From an uncultured Verrucomicrobiae bacterium (GTDB lineage Bacteria; Verrucomicrobiota; Verrucomicrobiia; Opitutales; JABDGR01): a DNA stretch of 64,000 nt. The notes beneath the pieces were generated by a model that was given only the letters and a program-made list of their open reading frames with translations, ran no database searches and was not told the DNA's origin. Both the position numbers and the translations under genes were made by a program. The stretch lies in NCBI GenBank assembly GCA_963765205.1, contig CAVXVB010000009.1, positions 480,001-544,000 on the forward strand, read 5' to 3'. Shown in pieces: positions 60,564 through 64,000 of the stretch; the stretch's first letter is position 1, and every line of letters starts with the position of its first letter.

Positions 60564-62447
60564 GTGTTTTACAACTTGAGAGGCAATCAAAATAAGAGGC
60601 GTTGGCTGGGCGTGGCGTGGTTATTGTATTGCTCCGGTCTGGCGTGGGGCGCGGAGGCGCCGCCGCTGGACCACGTCACACTCCAGCTCAAATGGAAGAA
60701 CCAGTTTCAATTTGCCGGCTATTACGCGGCGATTGCGCAGGGTTATTACAAAGACGCGGGCTTGGAGGTCACCTTGCACGAAGCGGAGCCGGGGCAGGAT
60801 GCGGTGAAAGAAGTTCTGGCCGGGCGGGCGAATTTCGGGGTCGGCACCTCGGAGCTTTTGCTTTTGCGCCAGCGCGGCCAGCCCGTGGTGGTGCTGGCGG
60901 CGATTTTCCAGCACTCGCCGCTGGTGCTGCTGACCCGCGCGGGCAGCGGGGTCAAGGACATCCAGGATGTGCTTAACAAGCCGATCATGATTGAGCCGGA
61001 TTCGGCGGAATTGTATGCCTATTTCAAAAACGAAGGCGTGGACCCGGCCAAGCTCACAGTGGTGCCGCACACGTTTGACATCGCCGACCTGCTGTCGGGG
61101 AAAGTGGCGGCGATGTCCGCCTACTCGACGGACGAGCCATTCCGCCTGACGCAAGCGGGCGTGACGCCGATAGTGTTCACTCCGCGCGAAGGCGGGATTG
61201 ATTTTTACGGCGACAATCTGTTCACGACCGAGCAGGAATTGCGCGATCATCCTGACCGGGTGCGCGCCTTTCTCAGCGCCAGTCTCAAAGGCTGGCAGTA
61301 TGCGATGGATCATCCGGAGGAAATTGTGAACCTCATCCTGCGCGACTATAACACGCAGGCCAAAACGCGCGACCAACTGCTCTTCGAGGCGCGCGAAACC
61401 GCCGACTTGATGCATCCGGAACTCATCGAAGTTGGCCACATGAACCCCGGCCGTTGGCAGCACATGGCGGAGACCTACGCTGATTTCGGGATGTTGCCCC
61501 ATGATTTTCCCCTCGCCGGTTTTCTCTACGACCCAAACTCCAAGCCCAATTACGCGCCGCTTTACTGGACGCTCGGCATCGTCTCCGCGATTGCGCTGGC
61601 GGCGTTGCTGTGGGTGTTGCCGCTTTATCGGCTCAACCTGCGTCTGCGGGAGAACATCGCGCGCGAGCACGCCTTGCAGGGCGAGTTGCGCCAGGCCAAG
61701 GAGGCGGCCAAGGCGGCCGACGCGGCCAAGAGCCGCTACCTTGCCGTTATGTCCCACGAAGTGCGCACGCCGCTCAGCGGCCTCATCAGCCTGACGGAAA
61801 TTTTGCAGGAGGAGGAGAACCCCGCCGAACGGGGGCAAATGCTCGCCATCATGCGCCGCACGGGGGAGGAAATGCTCAAGCTGATCACGGATATTCTGGA
61901 TTTTTCCAAAATTGAGGCGGGCGGCGTGACGCTGGAACAAAACCAGATGGATTTGGCGCCATTGCTCGAAGACCTGCACCGGCTTTTTTCCGCGTCCGCC
62001 CGGGAAAAGTCCCTTGACTTTACCGTGCATGTCGCGCCGGAAACCCCGCCGGTGATCGTCACCGATGTGCGGCGCTTGCGGCAAATTCTAAGCAACCTCC
62101 TCGCCAACGCGGTCAAATTCACGGAGGCTGGCGGCGTCACGTTTGAAGTAAGCGCGCGGCCGGAGCCGGGCGGCGCCGATGCGCCCGCCCGCTGGCGCTG
62201 GCATTTTGTAGTGCGGGACACCGGCTTGGGTCTTGCGCCCGAGCAGGCCGCGGCGTTGTTCAAGCCCTACAGCCAGGCCCATGCGGATATTGCACGCCGT
62301 TTTGGCGGCACTGGCCTCGGCTTGGCTATTTCGCACCAATTGGCCCAATTGCTCGGGGGCGAGTTGACCTTGGCGGAAAGCAAGCCCGGCGCCGGCTCGA
62401 CTTTTGTATTGGAGATAGTCACGCCCGCGGACGACGAACTGAAATGA
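60564..62447 (+). CDS. sensor histidine kinase with NMT1/THI5-like periplasmic binding domain
   Basis: LQLKWKNQFQFAGYYAA binding domain; TM; MSHEVRTPL, ILDFSKIEAG, NLLANAVKFT, DTGLG, GGTGLGL. Confidence 0.92.
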   Translation: MFYNLRGNQNKRRWLGVAWLLYCSGLAWGAEAPPLDHVTLQLKWKNQFQFAGYYAAIAQGYYKDAGLEVTLHEAEPGQDAVKEVLAGRANFGVGTSELLLLRQRGQPVVVLAAIFQHSPLVLLTRAGSGVKDIQDVLNKPIMIEPDSAELYAYFKNEGVDPAKLTVVPHTFDIADLLSGKVAAMSAYSTDEPFRLTQAGVTPIVFTPREGGIDFYGDNLFTTEQELRDHPDRVRAFLSASLKGWQYAMDHPEEIVNLILRDYNTQAKTRDQLLFEARETADLMHPELIEVGHMNPGRWQHMAETYADFGMLPHDFPLAGFLYDPNSKPNYAPLYWTLGIVSAIALAALLWVLPLYRLNLRLRENIAREHALQGELRQAKEAAKAADAAKSRYLAVMSHEVRTPLSGLISLTEILQEEENPAERGQMLAIMRRTGEEMLKLITDILDFSKIEAGGVTLEQNQMDLAPLLEDLHRLFSASAREKSLDFTVHVAPETPPVIVTDVRRLRQILSNLLANAVKFTEAGGVTFEVSARPEPGGADAPARWRWHFVVRDTGLGLAPEQAAALFKPYSQAHADIARRFGGTGLGLAISHQLAQLLGGELTLAESKPGAGSTFVLEIVTPADDELK

Positions 62448-62482
62448 TTGCGTCGGGTTGGGAGTCGAGTCAGCCTTCAGCC

Positions 62483-63667
62483 ATGAGGCTTTCCTCGATT
62501 TTGCACCATAAGGGAAGCCTTGGCGTGCGCGCCACCACGCCAGCGTTGACGGCGGATAATTTTCAATGGTTGCCGACCGGAGCGCGGGCGCTGGCCGAAA
62601 TGCTGAAGGCCATTGCCGAGGCCGGCACCACCATCCGCCTGGAAATGTATACGATCGAGCCGGACCGGCTCGGCGAAAAATTCCGCGCCACGCTGATCGC
62701 CGCCGCCGAACGCGGGGTGGCCGTGCGCGTGCTGGCCGACGGGGTCGGTTCCTATAATCTGGGTATGGAATTCTGGCGGCCGCTCATCGAGGTGGGTGGG
62801 GAATTCCGCCATTTCAAGGTGCCGGGGCTGGGGCGCTTCGGTTTGCGCGACCACCGCAAGCTCATGGTCTGCGATGATTATCGGGCCATTGTCGGCGGCG
62901 TTAACATTGGCCCGGACTATGACGGCGACGGAGTGGACTCGGGGTGGCGCGACTTGGCGGTGCAATTTTATGGCTCGATGGCGCGGGAATTGGGCGCGGG
63001 GTTTGATGAAATGTTTGCGCTGGCCGGATTCAAGCGGCCGCGCTTTGGCTGGCTGCGCCACGCCGTCCGCCAGCGCCGCATCCAGGCGGGCCATGCGACG
63101 GTGCTGCTGACCGCGCCTGGCTGGCGGCGCAACCCGCTCGTCCATTCGATTATGCACGATTTTCAGCAAGCGCAGAGCATCCGCATCATGATGGCCTATT
63201 TTTTGCCGACCGGCCCCCTGCTGCGCGCGCTGCGGGGCGCGGCGCGCCGCGGGGCGAAAGTGCAGATCATCCTCGCCGAGCATTCGGACATGCCGCTGAC
63301 GCGCATGGCCGCGCGCAGCCTGTATTACCGGCTGCTCAAGTCGGGCGTGGAAATTTACGAATACCTGCCGCAAATCCTCCATGCGAAACTCATGATCGTG
63401 AACGGCCAGGTCGTTTACGCCGGTTCCGCCAACCTCGACGTGCGCGGCCTGCGCCTGAATTACGAACTCAGCCTGCGCGTGGAAAACAAGCAACTGGCCG
63501 AAGAGGCCGGAAAACTTTACGAGGCCGACCTGGCGCATTGCCAGCGCATCGAACTGGCGGAATGGATGAAAACCCGGCACTGGTGGCGGCGGCTGCTGGA
63601 CCACTGCGCCTATTGGCTGCACGCCCATTTTGACCCCTTTGTCGCGAGCCATTCGTGGCGGCGGTGA
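62483..63667 (+). CDS. cardiolipin synthase-like phospholipase D
   Basis: Two HKD-type motifs: RDHRKLMVCD and LHAKLMIVN...GSANLD. Confidence 0.9.
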   Translation: MRLSSILHHKGSLGVRATTPALTADNFQWLPTGARALAEMLKAIAEAGTTIRLEMYTIEPDRLGEKFRATLIAAAERGVAVRVLADGVGSYNLGMEFWRPLIEVGGEFRHFKVPGLGRFGLRDHRKLMVCDDYRAIVGGVNIGPDYDGDGVDSGWRDLAVQFYGSMARELGAGFDEMFALAGFKRPRFGWLRHAVRQRRIQAGHATVLLTAPGWRRNPLVHSIMHDFQQAQSIRIMMAYFLPTGPLLRALRGAARRGAKVQIILAEHSDMPLTRMAARSLYYRLLKSGVEIYEYLPQILHAKLMIVNGQVVYAGSANLDVRGLRLNYELSLRVENKQLAEEAGKLYEADLAHCQRIELAEWMKTRHWWRRLLDHCAYWLHAHFDPFVASHSWRR

Positions 63668-63695
63668 GGGTCATTTCCCGCAAGCCAGCATCCGC

Positions 63696-63716
63696 GGACG
63701 GCTCGGAGAGCCGTCC
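63696..63716. repeat. REP-like perfect hairpin downstream of the cardiolipin synthase gene
   Basis: GGACGGCTC-GGA-GAGCCGTCC. Confidence 0.6.
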
Positions 63717-63916
63717 CAAACTTGAATTTGCTGTTCAATTCGCGGCCCGAGCGGAGTCCTAATCATGGACGGTTCGACGTGCCCTGCAACAGGCCGGTAT
63801 TATAATCCCCGGGCGCTTTATACTGGGCCGGATGCTTTTAATTTGCCAAAATGCCCCTTGGTCTCTGATTATCACCTAACACCCCCTTCACCATGCCTCC
63901 CACCCCGCCTTTTATT

Positions 63917-64000
63917 ATGAACATTGAGCAACTGATCACCTCCTATTGGTGGATGCCCGTGCTGGTGCTCATGCTGGTATTCCACAAGTTGATCCTGCGC
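63917..64000 (+). CDS. N-terminus of a membrane-anchored protein (truncated; possibly SPFH/flotillin-like)
   Basis: MNIEQLITSYWWMPVLVLMLVFHKLILR runs off the window end. Confidence 0.45.
   Translation, partial: MNIEQLITSYWWMPVLVLMLVFHKLILR

Overview
A GC-rich bacterial chromosome segment, most likely Verrucomicrobiota (Opitutia-like). This is inferred from the PEP-CTERM protein, the ileS-dksA-lspA order, a short Rho paralogue and a family-B DNA polymerase. It is mostly housekeeping: ileS-dksA-lspA, glnA, mreBCD-mrdA, a complete bioA-B-D-F-(H-like)-C operon with a BirA-type operator, a moxR-DUF58-batABDE cluster, ribE, rho, asd, trpE, a sigma-70 factor, polB, hsp20, a CHASE2 adenylate cyclase, a sensor kinase and a cardiolipin synthase. 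Accessory material includes an 882-bp IS5-family element (perfect 18-bp terminal IRs, TAA duplication, A7 frameshift site) splitting a low-GC trypsin-like protease gene, a HicB/HicA-type locus and REP-like hairpins. The most unusual pattern is a set of intergenic elements built from inverted arrays of short tandem repeats (7-, 8- and 9-nt periods). One encloses a four-helix-bundle (23S-IVS-protein-like) ORF inside the bat operon; the others enclose only short non-coding cores. Other oddities are asd and an L,D-transpeptidase gene with start codons overlapping in one CATG, and loss of Zn ligands in both IleRS and DksA. Four small frameshifts (thioredoxin-like, batB/C, lpxR, hicA) may be assembly errors. 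No rRNA, tRNA or CRISPR array was seen. All calls are from reading the sequence; no searches were run.
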